Origin: Antedon mediterranea
Taxonomy: Eukaryota > Animalia > Echinodermata
DNA length: 64,000 nt
Assembly (NCBI RefSeq): GCF_964355755.1
Contig: NC_092677.1
Coordinates: forward strand, 26,957,175-27,021,174
Reading direction: 5' to 3'
Under the pieces are notes generated by a model. That model was not told the origin of the DNA, did not search any database, and saw nothing but the letters and a program-made list of their open reading frames with translations. Numbering within the stretch: the first letter of the stretch is position 1; each line of letters starts with the position of its first letter. The position numbers were made by a program, and so were the translations under genes. Shown here piece by piece: positions 50,131 through 64,000 of this stretch.

Positions 50131-53100
50131 ATGGCTGCAAGTGTGAGAGGAATCCTGCCGGACGATACGGCTGAAATGGTTTCAGCCTGCAAAGTTCTTG
50201 TAGTTGGAGCTGGTGGAATAGGATGTGAATTATTAAAAAACTTAGTGCTTACTGGTTTCAATGATATTGTAGTCGTAAGTCAACAAGTTAACTTTTAAAA
50301 GCGCACGTAAATCTAGGCTCCTGTTATTGTTTACTTTGACAAAGTTTGAAACCGTGCCGCGGCAAACATCGAACTGCTGCGCCTTTCTGTCAGTGAATAT
50401 GTCCTTGGCTAGGCTAGGCCTTAGGTAGGTCTGAATTGTAATAATAGGTTGTTGTAGTGAAGTGCGTCTGATAAAAGTAGAACTTAGATAGGAGGATCTA
50501 TATTAAAGAGATGTGTCGTGATTGTATGTTGTATTTTAAATTAATTTATATTAATTTAATTATAATAAATATATATAGGCCTATATTCGTTTTTATTTAT
50601 ACAGATTGATTTGGATACGATAGATGTCAGTAATTTAAACAGACAATTTCTTTTTCAAAAGAAACATGTGGGCCAATCAAAATCTCAGGTAGAACCAGTT
50701 GATTGTGTGCATTTTATATTTACTGTACAGTATAAATAGTAAATGTATACCTCTTTCTTTCTTTTACCATAATATGCACAGTTTATACAACAATATATAC
50801 ATAATGAATTTTTATTTTAATCATGACATTGATATTGGTGTAATTATTCATGGTCAATTATCTATATATTATTAACTATGATTATACCAATCATTGTTGT
50901 TTAAAATGCCAATTTTCCAATGATTTTTAAGACCAGCATTTCTTACTTGCTAATTATTTCAGTCAAAAAAACAAGCACTAAATCTAGGCCTATTAAATAC
51001 TTTAAAGGTTATTCCATCAATGCCAACTTACTTTTTGTTATTTTGATTTAACCTTCTCTCACTTCATTCTTTTCATCCAGTTCATGCAACAACAATAGTA
51101 ATCAATAATTAAATGAATGTTAATTAAATTTGGAACTTTACCTTTAAAATTAATGGATATTCACTGTTGCAAAATAGTTGCTTGATTTTTTTAAAACAAG
51201 CGCTACATGTACTTTATGCTTCAAAGGTTATTATCCAATGCCAAATTGATTTTATTGAATTAAACTTTCTCTCGCTTAATTCTTTTCATCAACAATCTGC
51301 ATGATTATTATCATTTAAATAACAATCTTGTTTTTTATTTTACTTGTCTTGAATAACTTAAATGTTTTATAAAAGTGTGTTTCATTTATGTAGGTTGCTA
51401 AAGAAAGTGCTCTCAGATTCAATCCCAACGTAAAAATTGAAGCCAAACATGACAGTATTATGAAGTAAGCATCAACATGATACCATTGTCCTTTTTAACT
51501 ACTACTAGATTGTTAAAAAATCATCATTTTTCACTCTATATCTTTATTTTCAGTTAAAATTTAACATTGTAGTATGCATAGTACTGTACTGAATTATAGT
51601 GTAATGTAATTACATTAATTAACCACCACATGACGCTTTTTTAAAGTGTTATTTTTATATTATTTACAATAAATGTAATTTGTAATAATTACATTATTTT
51701 TTTTTAGCCCAGATTATTCTGTAGACTTTTTCAGACAGTTTACTTTAGTGATGAATGCCCTTGATAATAGAGGTAAAGACACATACCATTATTTTGTGAA
51801 TTTTATTCTAAATCATTAATAAATTTATATTTTCCAAAAATAAAAAATTTCCACCTTGTTACTGTAATTAAACAGCTGCTCGTAACCATGTGAACAGGAT
51901 GTGTCTAGCAGCTGACATCCCATTGGTTGAAAGTGGAACCGCAGGATATTTAGGTCAGGTGACCGTTATAAAAAAAGTAAGTTATTTTAGTCCACAAGTC
52001 ATAATGTGGTTTGATAATTCTGTACGAAAAAAAATAGCTGGGGGAAAAAAATTGATTCCAATCATCGGGAAAATAGGACACTTATTATTTAACTTATATT
52101 TTGTCTGGAATAAAAACTGAAACTTAATATAATCATTAATTAAAGATCTTAATGACCAATTAGTTTTTATATAACAGTAAAAAGAAAGTGATAGTTGATA
52201 TTTCTGTTTTTTAGTCTGTCACAGAATGTTATGAATGCCAGCCAAAACCAACGCAGAAAACCTTCCCAGGATGCACTATCAGAAACACGCCCTCCGAACC
52301 TGTCCATTGCATTGTCTGGGCTAAGCATCTATATAAGTATGTTCAGTTTAATTTCTATTTTAAACAGTAGCCCAAGTTGCCCACCAGCCAGTGTTTTTTT
52401 TAAAACCATGTACAAAATAAAAAATCCAGGACACTACAGTATCAAAACTTAAAATAGAATTGTACAGTTTCTTTGGGTCCACTAAGGCATAATCCAGCCT
52501 TAGTAAAACAGATTGTTATACAAACATTATACGTATATTCTATAAATGTCTACTTTTCAGTCAATTATTTGGAGAGGAAGATCCAGACCAAGATGTCTCT
52601 CCTGACACCGCTGACCCGGAAGCAGCAGGGGATGCTGGGATAGCTGCCCTTGAAGGAAAAGCTAATAATGTGGATGCTGGAGGAATTGCAAGAACATCTA
52701 CGCGAGAGTGGGCAGCATCCACAGATTATAATTCAGAGAAATTATTTAGAAAGGTATAAAAAAATAAAAGTATTTTTCAGATAAATCATGAATAATACCA
52801 CCAAACTTACGAGTTAAGATAACTATAGCGAGGCATTTAATAAAAAGGCAAACTGCCTTAAAATGTAAATGTGACATGTTTCAAGAAACTATTCTCATCA
52901 TCAGAACAGTAAACAACGCCTAGAGTGCTTATATACCAATAGGACATGTGTAAAAGTATTTTTCAATATCAAGTATTTTTAATATAGTCATTACCAAATA
53001 CGGTCATTACCAAATACAGTTAATAACAAATAATGCCATAAGCAAATATAGTCATTACCAATTTATAAAATTTGTACCTTTCAGTTGTTTTATGACGACG

Positions 53101-56100
53101 TAAAATATTTATTATCAATGGACAAATTATGGAAAAAGAGGGCAGCACCTATACCATTGAATTGGGACCTGTTGCCCCCAGAAGGTAAGAGTGACAGTCA
53201 AATGATACTAACTTGATGTACATTATATTATGAAAATCTATTCTAGGCTAATTTAGATACGATATTCTGTATGACTGGTTTCATAATGTTATTTTAATAC
53301 TGATCAGTAATGTCATTTGCCTGCCATACAATTAAAAACCCAACTTCGTTAATTCAATATAATACCAAAAATATAGTTTTTAATAAAAATTTGTGAAAAT
53401 AATTCATAATTTCATATTTAGTGGAGCAGACATCAATTTATTTTTGTAAAGTGGTTTCATATTTGAACTTCTATTTTTAACAATCTTGTTAATATGTTAG
53501 GAAGTTGCTAGTTCCTGTTGCAATTCTTAGCTAACTTCATTAGGAAAATAAGTTACAACAAGATCGATATCACTAATCAATAACTTGTTGGGGAAATATT
53601 GCTATAGGTTTTATCACTTTTTTGATTGAATGATTGATTATACAATAATCACTTGGACTACCACCAGAGAAACAAAAAAAAGCTAACTTTCTTCCAAACA
53701 TGGACAAAAGCATACACACACATCACTAATTTATTAAGAGGATACAATGAGATTGACATCACCAATGAATGGGTCAATAACAAATTTGCAAAAAAAAATA
53801 AATTAACTAAATAAAATGTCTTGGTAAACTTATATAATGCTTTTGTGGTTTTTTTTTCTTGCAGAGCCAAGTAGTACAACAAACAGCAATGGAGATATAA
53901 AAGATCAGAGGATATGGGATGTGAGGGAGTGTGTGAAGAAATTTACTGATAGTCTTGCCAAACTTAAGAAGCAATACAGAGATCAAGGTGATCTTGTTTG
54001 GGATAAGGTAATATCTATTGTTTTTAAAATAAATTCCTTGGAATACACGCTAAACCAGATGCTATGGTTTACAGTGTATTTCATACACCCCTACTTTTAC
54101 CTAGCAAAACTCCATAGCTTAAACACACTGGGGCGCACACCATACAGAACACCAATAGAATACCAATAGAATATGTACATAGTACAGTACTGTTGGTATT
54201 TGTCACAGCCAGACATAAGATCAAAGGACTGTTTCCAGTTCCTATCTTAGCAAGGTGAGCTCAGTGTCCTGTTGATTGCCTTGATTATATCATAAATCTT
54301 TTGTTGTTGTATAGGTACGTACGTACATTACAGAATTTTGCAAAAGGTATATGAGAAAAATATTTTAAAAGTGTTTGGTGAATTTAGTATTGGGAGTTTG
54401 TCTTTTTAATTGTTTTGCCTAGGATGATTCTGCATCGATGGATTTTGTAACAGCAGTAGCTAACATTCGAGCTCAGATTTTTGGAATTGCCAGAAAAAGT
54501 AGATTCAAGATTAAATGTAAGTGTATTCTTAAGCTCTGTTTACACTATCAAACTTTATGTGACAAAGAATGCGATGTGCCCATCACATGATGACATATCA
54601 CTACCATATTTGGCCATATCACTACCATATTTGGGCACATCACACTTTTTTGTCAAACTAGTTTGATAGTGTAGACAGAGCTTTACAATTGTAATAGGTA
54701 TAGCAAATTGATTACAATATTTTTCTTTCCATTTTATCAGAGTTCGATTAAATAACTTAACTTAAATTAATTCTGTAACATGTTCTTAATCTTGTTTCAG
54801 CAATGGCTGGTAACATTATTCCAGCAATAGCCACAACTAATGCAGTGATAGCTGGTCTTATTATAATGGAAGCACTTAAGATTCTTTCAGGACACTTGGA
54901 TACATGCAAAACTGTAGGTTATCATACCCAATGAAATTGTCAATCAGGCTATATTTAGTTGCATATACAGTAAATCCGTAGTTATCAATTATAACACCTA
55001 ATAAAAATGTAGGGTTTATTGGGCCACCTGGGTACATGCTAAAGAGTAGATTATCAATATAACACCTGATAAAAATGTAGATTTTGTTGGGCCACCTGGG
55101 TACATGCAAAAGAGTAGATTATCAATATAACACCTGATAAAAATGTAGATTATTTTGGGCGACCTGGGTACTTGCAAAATATGATGAATATAAAGATCTG
55201 ATAATGATGTATTGTCTTTTAGGTATATTTAAACAAACGTCCAACTGCCAGAAAAAAGCTGTTGGTACCATGTTTTCTTGATAAGCCAAATCCTAAATGT
55301 TATGTGTGCTCTTCAAAACCTGAGGTGAGTAAATCATTTATATGAATGTAATTGTTGTGGCTACAATCTTTGTATAGATTTTTACACATTATCACCCTAA
55401 AGCACTAAAATAATGTTTAAAAGATGTAGTCATACATGTGAATGACAACCAATCTGCTCTTGGTCAAGTCCAAAATATTAAGCTCTGTCTACACTATCAA
55501 ACTGTGTGACAAAAAAATGTGATGTGCTTAAATAATGAACACGATTTGGGTACATCACACTTTTTTGATAAACTAGTTTTATAGTGTAGACAGAGCTTTG
55601 GATTTAAAAGCATGTTTTAATATCTCATCCTGTAAATGGAAAGATGTCTTTTAGGAAATGAATAATGGTAATTTATTATTTGTATTGGATTTGTAGGTGA
55701 CTGTACAAGTAAACTGTGCAACCTTTACTGTGAAAATGTTAGAAGAAAAGGTGATGGTTTTAAAGTACATTTTGACATAGTTCCACAGGTGGTGGGATAT
55801 TGTTAACCTATTCTAGTAATACGCCTTTGGTAACACCTCAGTAGGCACTTTTAACAGTTAATGTTATTTAATGGGTCTATTTTATTTGGTAATAGTGTTT
55901 TAACAGGAATGTTGCACTTTGAAAATTCTATTTGTTATTATTTATAATTATCTATTGCACCATTGCACTACTAAAACACACATCAAACATGTGTTATATT
56001 TAAACATTAAAAACAGGTTGGTTGGGCTGTTGAAATGGACAATGGAAAATTAGTAAATAAATGTAGTTTTTCTGTTTAATTCCATCTTGTTACTGAACCA

Positions 56101-57632
56101 GGTCCTAAAGGCATACCTAGGAATGGTGGCACCTGACGTTGAAGTAGACGATGGAAAAGGAACCATTTTGATTTCAAGCGATGAAGGAGAAACAGAAGGT
56201 TACCTTTGAAATTAAATATTTTATAGTATTAATAATAATATATCAATTTTTTAAAATAATTGTTATGTATAAAAATGAAATATAAAAGTTAATTATATCT
56301 CAACCGTAATAGTAAATAACGATTATTTTATTTACCTGACGTTTCGTCAACTATCAGTTGGTTTTCTCAAAGTGTAGTAACACGTATGTCACAGTTGACC
56401 TCTAGATGACGGGGTCAACACATTGGACTTTTATATTTTATTTGTAATACCAACCGAATGAATCTTTTTAATGATGTATAAAAATGGTATAATGTGAATT
56501 GGATTCATTTTATTTATAATGAAAAAAGTTTATATAAACCAAAAGAAAAATAAATGTCATAAATAAAATATTATGTTGCCCAGTTAACAATTTGTAATAC
56601 AAAGTTTACAATATAATTTTTAAACCTGGAACTACCAATGCAATCTGTACTTAAAATCTATTTCTAGACTTATTTGACCACCATCCACATTCATAAATAT
56701 TTAATGATTTATTAATATGTATGGTTGTGTTCTATTTATATTATATTTTTATCTTACAGAAAACAATGATAAGTGTTTAGCTGATTTTGCCATAAGGCAT
56801 TCAAGTCGACTAAAAGCTGATGATTTCTTGCAAAATTATTCACTTATTTTGAACATAGACCAGTGGTTAGTATATATTATTAATTTGTTGAATGAGGGAA
56901 TAATAAATAGATGACAGTAGAAAGGTAAGCCTAATAGAAAAAAATGGTTCACAAGTTCAGAAGAAGTGTAGAAATGGCAGAAAGAATGACATAGAGTCAA
57001 CATTATTCTACTGCATTTAGGTCTTATCACAGACATTGTTGATTGCAGTGACTGCTTCATTATTGCAGTAAAAAATGTAGTTACTGCAGTAATAAGAAAT
57101 AATTTTGACATGATCCCTTGATGTATTTATAGAATGGAATAAATAAACATGCAACAACATTACTTTTATTACAGTAACATATTTGATGATGATGTGGATT
57201 TTAAAGTTGTAGGCGAGAAACCTAGGCCGATTAGTGAGACTGAAGCAACAAGCAGTAAGGTGACAGAGAAAGGGGAAAGCAGCTCTCAATCTACCTCACA
57301 GCCTAGCACTGTAGTTGGTAAGACATGTATTTGCTTATTATAATATATTAAAATTTGACTTACCTGTATTTTTCATATGAGATATTTAAAAATAGCATAC
57401 CATCTGTATTATTTAGCAAGTACTTCAGTCAGTTTCTGAGTGTTTTTATTATGTCTTTAATCTTATAGATGATGAAGATGACATCATGGTAGTAGTTGAT
57501 GAAGGTCAAGAAGCAAGTGTATCTAAGAAACGCAAACTCTCTGAGGACATGGACGATAAATCTGCCAAGAAATCAAAAGTAACATCACAAACAAGAAATG
57601 GAGATGATGACACGTTAATTATTGACCCTTGA
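50131..57632 (+). CDS. UBA2: SUMO-activating enzyme subunit 2
   Basis: ~17 exons starting 50131-50274, 50605-50688, 51394-51464, 51708-51772, 51876-51976, 52215-52336. Motifs [33 protein letters not shown], catalytic [36 protein letters not shown]-terminal KKRK NLS. Stop at 57630-57632. Confidence 0.97.
54532..54682. mobile_element. Tourist-like MITE; another at 55481-55597
   Basis: TIRs and TTA TSD. Confidence 0.85.
54979..55180. repeat. ~68 bp tandem repeat in a UBA2 intron, ~3 copies
   Basis: GGGCCACCTGGGTACATGCAAAAGAGTAGATTATCAATATAACACCTGATAAAAATGTAG repeated. Confidence 0.85.
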
Positions 57633-59945
57633 AAACATACATAACAACGTTTATAACACTCCCTGAATAACAATCTGGAGCCAGAGTTTCCTGAAAGCCA
57701 TTTTGGGCTATTTCAGCGATGTCCAGTGTCTTGTATTAAATTTAATATTTTTTTATAAAAGATAAGGTTTTGTAAGATCAGAAGTATTTTTTCTCCGATA
57801 TAATTTTTTCTTTTCATCAACTATTCAAAAGTTTGATTTAACATACTAGAATTTTAGCACAGGTTAGAGGAGTGGAATAACACAGTGTCGGACCTCTAGA
57901 GGGAGTGCATCCAATTCATGCGACTGCACCTAGAATCAGACCTCTTTTTTTTCATTTTACCAAAAATCCATAATTGTATTTTGATCAACTTTGCACACTC
58001 AATTTTAATGTTAATTGGTCTTGGCTGCCTTTGAGACACTCCTTTTCAGAGTGTATCCATGATTTAACACTACAGATAACCCTGTCCTGAAGGTGTCCCC
58101 TTAATAGATACCGTCCTAATGCATATTAAAACCTTCTATATTCTGTAAGATATATTGTCATTGGTACAGTAATAGTATTATTTATACATGAGAAATCTAG
58201 CACTGATATCAGGTTGAATATTGTCTGAATGATTTAACAATTATTGGTGTTTACTACCTGAATAATGTCAAAAACTTCTTGTATGTTGTTTCTTAATAAA
58301 ATTACATTCTAAATTAAACAGTCTCTTTGTAATTATCTTTCATATTGTATGTTTCTTCATTAAAAAAAAAAAATACTATCAGTATCTTTGCAATTCTCTA
58401 CGATGTCTAGGTTCTGTTGTAAAAAATATCTTATTTACTTTTACACAGAATTATTTGACTTTGAATTGAGTATCTATTTGGAAAATACTGGGTGTCTAGA
58501 AAAATCCGATATATCTCAGATCTAAGTTTTCTAGAAACAATAGTATATACAAATCAAAACACAATTTTATTTATTTCGAATATCAAATGTTTAGTATTAT
58601 ATTAGTGATAATTTTTGTGTATGACACGCCAATTTCTCGATCATTAAAGTTGTATTTTTCATGTTTTTGGGGGACACTCTCCCCACAAAAAATGAAGAAT
58701 AATAAAATCAGATTTTGATTAGGCCATTTTGTAGTTTTAATAAAGTTAATCACTTGGCAGAATGTTTTCATTTATAAAAAGACAAACGTTTGAATTTAAC
58801 TAAAATTGAAGTGAATAACTATTTAAAAAAAAGAAATTCCAATTATACGTCGATCGTTGTGACATAAATTCGAAAAATACGCTGATGTCATGTTTCGTCA
58901 TCAATTTAAATTCACGCAATTAAAACAAAAAGATCCGGGAAGTGGAAAAACCCACACCCGCAACAATATGATCAAACAATACTAATTGTATTCGATACCG
59001 TTGAGTATATAGTTCTTTCGTTGAGTAATTTTAACGGAGTTGAGCGCTAAAATTGTTCTTAACGAAAACTTTTCGAAAGCTTGCATTAACGATTTTAATT
59101 CGAATTTTCTGTTTAGCACAATCCGTTTAAAAGTTACCATTCGAATACAAAAAGTACTAACGATCTGTATGTTGGAACGAAATTGTATATTATTAAGCAT
59201 TGATCATTTCGGAAATTCCTGTCGTAAGGGTCACGTCAGATGCTTCAACCATAGGTCTACCGGGAAGTCTACGTACAATAAAATGTCAGCAAATATTCAA
59301 AAATTAAAATGTACGCCGAGTACGTTTATTTATATATATATTCTAAGCTACGCTTACAAGATAGATCGATGGCATTCGTAATCGTAGTCCTAGTAGGCTT
59401 CATGCCTGCTTACAAAATAGACAGTCAGAATTAACAATCATGTTTAGTTTTGGCTTTGTTTTAAGTTAGGCTACATAAAAAATGTTACATTACAATAAAA
59501 TTATTAAAGATAATCCATGATCATGAGGATTAGGTCTAATTAAATGAAAACACTTTGAATAGGCCATTTCGTAGTTTTAATAATGCTAATTGCTTCCGTA
59601 GAAAAACAATTTTTATAGAATAATGAATTCATTTACGCGGTATAAAAAAACGGACAAAATAAACGGTTCAATCAAAAACCATAGTCAGATAAATTTCTTT
59701 TTTCGATCCAATTTTTGGTCAAAGTGAATAACTATTATGTGACATTAAAATGGTATATTCAACAAAAACATTAAAACAAAATGTTTTTCAGGGGGACAAT
59801 CTTTTATTATTATTCGTTAATTAAGATCTACCCTAAACTTAATAACAAATATGAATCTTTTAGTACCGTAATACCAGATACTCCTACTTTTTAAAACTCT
59901 TCACTTATAGTCTCTCCACACTGATTTATCCATGAGTACACCAAC

Positions 59946-59969
59946 CAGGGAGTTGTTAACAACTCCCTG
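59946..59969. mobile_element. 24 bp perfect palindrome flanked by a 7 bp direct repeat
   Basis: CAGGGAGTTGTTAACAACTCCCTG with CACCAAC at 59939-59945 and 59970-59976. Confidence 0.7.
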
Positions 59970-60395
59970 CACCAACAACAGTAAATGCAAAATCTGTCTC
60001 TAATCGTATTTAATAGGCCTACAATCGGACTAAATACCGTTTTTAAGTAGAATCTGCATACTGTGTGTGGTGTGTGTTAACTGAGAACGTTTATCACATG
60101 ATGTTATATCAGCTGTCCGATTGGCTGTAGAGAAATACGTATGGCGCGGTGTATTCTATTTCACGACATCTTTGGAAAAATCAGGGAGCGAACAACATCT
60201 AAAACGACCAGAAGTAAATTGTAAAATTTACTAGCAGGGAGACCCGAAATATAAGTAACATCACTCAAGTTTGGATTTGCAGGCCGTACTTGAAACCATC
60301 ATACAATTAAAATCCTTTGTAGATTGATGGTTTAAGAGAAAACATCGTATAAAAACGCCCCATCTACATCGGGCTAGGCCAACCGTAAAGCAAAA

Positions 60396-63300
60396 ATGAC
60401 GAAAGTATTCGGGCCTGCTGAGGCCATCAAAACGGTCGTTCGTGATCTAAGATCAAATAAACCCAGCTCAAGTGGGCCTAGCAAAAGGAAACGTTCAAAA
60501 ACATCTAGTAATAATATTCTCAGTAAGGTGTATGGCGCCCAATACACTGGTAAAGGTGTCAAAAGCATTACTATGGTATGACATTTTGTATATAAGCCTA
60601 ATTTTCAAATGAAGTGAAAAAAAAAATTGTCTTTTTTTGTTACATCATCCATGCATGTGGTGGTGCCTTTTCGGCTACATTGGACTTTGTATAGACCGTT
60701 ATTAAAAGTTCATGTGACAAATACAATTATTCTGTATAGGCCTAGTATATAGATATAAAATAAATTCTTTTATCTAGTGTTATTAAATATACCAGTAATA
60801 TCAAATTATGACTTGTTTTTCAGATGCCAAAAGAAATTTTAAATGATTGCGACAGACGAATTGGTATAGCGATATCGGAAGACATTGCCGCCACAGTGCA
60901 TGACCTGGCTACAGTTTTAGAAAATGTATTTTATAAGAAGTGTGAATCACAGTCGCAACGCAATACAGATTTATGGAAAGGAATCCAGCTTTTAAAGGTG
61001 CAATTGGGTTTTTTTTTTTGCAGTTCTCCGATTATTAATAACCCATTTTAGGCTCTACTACTTTTATATGAACATAAATATATACAAACTAAATATGTTA
61101 TTTTTGGATGTCTTTAATAATTGAAGTTAAATTATAAATTTAGTTTATTCATTTATTTAATACTGTATATTATATATTATAGATAATTGTAATTTAATTA
61201 CTGTATTTGGATCTGAAATACAGCAGGCTGTGTTGAGATAAAAATATTAGAAAAAAGTTAAAATCAAAACTTGAAAGCAACCACTGCATGTACATTAACT
61301 ATTGATAAGTGTGGATTTTGTTTACATAGCAGTGTCCTTGACACATTTGGAAGAATTACTACTTATTCCAGGGACAACTCCCTGCTTATTCTAACCAAAG
61401 GTGTTTTTAATTTGATAGGATATTGTTACTTTGCTCAATGTTGAAGGTGGTCAGGTTGCATTGGGATGTTTTAAAGAAAATAAAGTAGTAAATGCGGAAA
61501 TGTTTGACATGTTTGGAGGTGTACAGGTAGGTTCTAAGTATGTTACTTAAACGCGCTCTGGGCACATCACATAGTGTAGACGGAGCTTTAGTGTGTAATG
61601 AACAATGCTACTGTATGTATTGTAATATTTTCCAGCCTAATAAACAAGTGGTGCTTTAATGAACCTTTCATAACATTAGCTAATTTTTATTTTTCATTTC
61701 ATTTATTTCGTCTCGCATATAACAAAAAATACAAACAAATTTCCATTAGCACATTATAATTGTATAACAGATATAAATAATGACAAATAAAAAGCAAGTA
61801 AAATGTAGTTTAATGCAGATGTATTATATTTATATATTATTTTTTCCTTACAGATTGTTGTTGAAATTTTGCTGAGAATGGAGAGTAATCCTGTCAATAA
61901 GAAATCAAAGGGTAAGAATTATTCTGTGTTAATTGTTTTTAACTGTAAAGCAAATGACAACTGGAGACCTTGGCCTGACCCTAACATAAGCTTGTGTCCA
62001 CCAACAATAAACATGCGGTATCGCATCTTCTGTAGGCAACCTTCGTTCCATATGACTATCCTGACACTATACAGTAGAAAGGTATGGTTTTGGTTCAGGG
62101 TGCCTATAAATTTAGGCAGAGTTCACAGTCGTTTTATAATTAAAAAAATTTTGTTATACCACAGAAGCTGATTGGAGACGAAAATTAACGCACGCATGTT
62201 TGGATACGTTGCATCATATGTGTTTAACGGTATGTCTAAATAATGGTTACTAAATTGTTTCGTTTATTTATTTTACCAGCATAAAATCAATACATGTACC
62301 TTCAGAAGAAGTCGGCTACAAAAACAGTAACATAAAAAAAACAAAAATAACAAATCGATAAAAAATGCTGGGCAGGGGCAGCTTAAGCAAAATACATTGC
62401 TGTAACTCAAATGAGTCAGTTACCCCTCGTATAAAATTTAAAGTTTGTCTGCAAATGTAAAGTGAACATAAAAAAATCTAATTATAAAACAGAATGCATC
62501 AAAAGCCGTGAACCTCTGGTATTGTGTATACTTCACAATAGAGAAGGCCTTTCTTTTGTTAATGTACTTGTGAAATGAGGTTACTTTTATTTGCCTATTT
62601 GATTTTTGTGTTTTTATTTATAATGCATGCATGGAATACATTATTACACATTATTTAACACTAAACCAATAAATGACTACTTCCTTTCTGGATTGCATCA
62701 AGGATTCCAGATTGTCGCCTTCACTTCTCTGCCAAATCATTGATACTTGTTTCTGTACTAAAACTTGTGGACGCATCGCTTTGATTTGTTGCATCTTTGG
62801 AACAAACTTCCACCTTTTGTTTTAAACTTATTTAAAATTAAATTAAAAACTCAATTTTAAACTCGCACATATTTGATTATTTTAACTGTTAATGATTCAT
62901 GCTATACAAATTTAATTAAATATTTCAATCAATTAATCTTTTTAATATTGATTCAATTCAAGACATTTGCGTCCAAAAGACAAAAATAAAAAAAAAACAG
63001 TAATGACAGATTGAGATAATTTTAAAAATGGACGAAGGCAGGATCCCAAAAAGATGAAAATATTCTGGCAGGATTGCATTGACAAATTGATAATAAATAA
63101 ATAATTAAATAAATAATGCAATAAAAAACAAATAAATATTATACCGTTTATGCAATGTGTATGGAAATGCATAATAGAATTTACACTTGTCTTTCTAGCT
63201 ACATGTTGATGTTGCTGTACCACTGTCTAAGCAAGATGACTTGATATTTTACCTATTCTCACTAATGGCAGAAAAGTCCTGCTTTCTACGAGCAGCAACA

Positions 63301-64000
63301 CTATTAGAAGATGTACTTGGAGTGCGAAAGACTATGTTAAAACTAGAAAGTATACGTAAGTCAATAAATATTATATTACAAAAATTACTAATACAAGTAT
63401 AATCCAAGGCTCGAGTATATCGCACCTCCTAATTTAGGCTAAATTTAGACACAAGGTAAATACTGTACATTGTAATCCAAATATAATTCCACCCCATAAT
63501 TTTCAGAAAATTTTGTAACCACAACACCCGTATAACGTTTTGGAACTGTAAAGAAAGATAAAATCTGTCAATGTTGCCAGTATTCATTTAGTATAATGCG
63601 TTACTACCTTCATCAACGGTCTGAATAATTAAAATGATATCTTTAGGTCAAACCATTCATATATTTATATTTTGATCACAATTTTCAGCAAATTTACACA
63701 AGTTAGTCGAGAGTTTTGATGAAGAACAAATGGCCAACTTCTGTCGTGTTCTGTCAATTGCAATGTCCGACCTCGACCCAGGTGATGATGGCAACACGCT
63801 CCAAGCACAAGATCAAGCTAGTCGTAAGAAAGTTGGTGTACCGATCTCAGAGACCAATCAAGGTGATTACGAATTTGATGTTTAAAAAATAATATAGTCT
63901 GTAAATTATTTTTTAATCTTATAATATTGGCGTTTGTGATTGCTTTTTTTTTTGTACAGGTATTCTTATAGAGCTTCCACACTTCTTAAAGAAAATAGTG
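60396..64000 (+). CDS. TRPC4AP: TRPC4-associated protein (TRUSS), 5' part; runs off the window
   Basis: Exons 60396-60575, 60824-60997, 61419-61526, 61854-61911, 62165-62229, 63199-63355, 63689-63862, 63960->64000, all phase-compatible. FLRAATLLEDVLGVRK...PNLHKLVESFDEEQMANFCRVLSIAMSDLD resembles TRPC4AP. Confidence 0.88.

Noticed and set aside
56320-56375. Penelope-like terminal motif (TTTATTTACCTGACGTTTCG)
   Set aside because: Too short to support a call without a search.
62680-62815. Exon-like antisense stretch in a TRPC4AP intron
   Set aside because: Short, ends in a stop, no recognisable homology and no partner exons.

Overview
AT-rich, intron-containing animal genomic DNA, probably an invertebrate; not prokaryotic. 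Most ORF-track entries are spurious. Left to right: (1) 1-8340, a block of two hairpin-rich satellites around a Helentron/HINE-like element. (2) Two tandem SLC7A9/b(0,+)AT-like amino acid transporter light-chain genes on the minus strand (CDS 8593-13826 and 18901-31508) with identical exon architecture. (3) CTU2 (+), HAUS4 (-), UBA2/SAE2 (+) and the 5' part of TRPC4AP (+). Introns carry Harbinger/Tourist MITEs, HINEs, SINE and LINE remnants and minisatellites. Main discovery: the second SLC7A9-like gene has two pairs of intact, tandemly duplicated exons. Exon 2a/2b are 246 nt each and cover TM2-TM4 with the heavy-chain cysteine. Exon 7a/7b are 104 nt each and cover EL4/TM8; 7a is not shown in its coding frame in the ORF track. 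This points to combinatorial mutually exclusive splicing of substrate-pocket helices. The neighbouring paralog has single copies of both exons. All exon boundaries were read by eye and need transcript confirmation.
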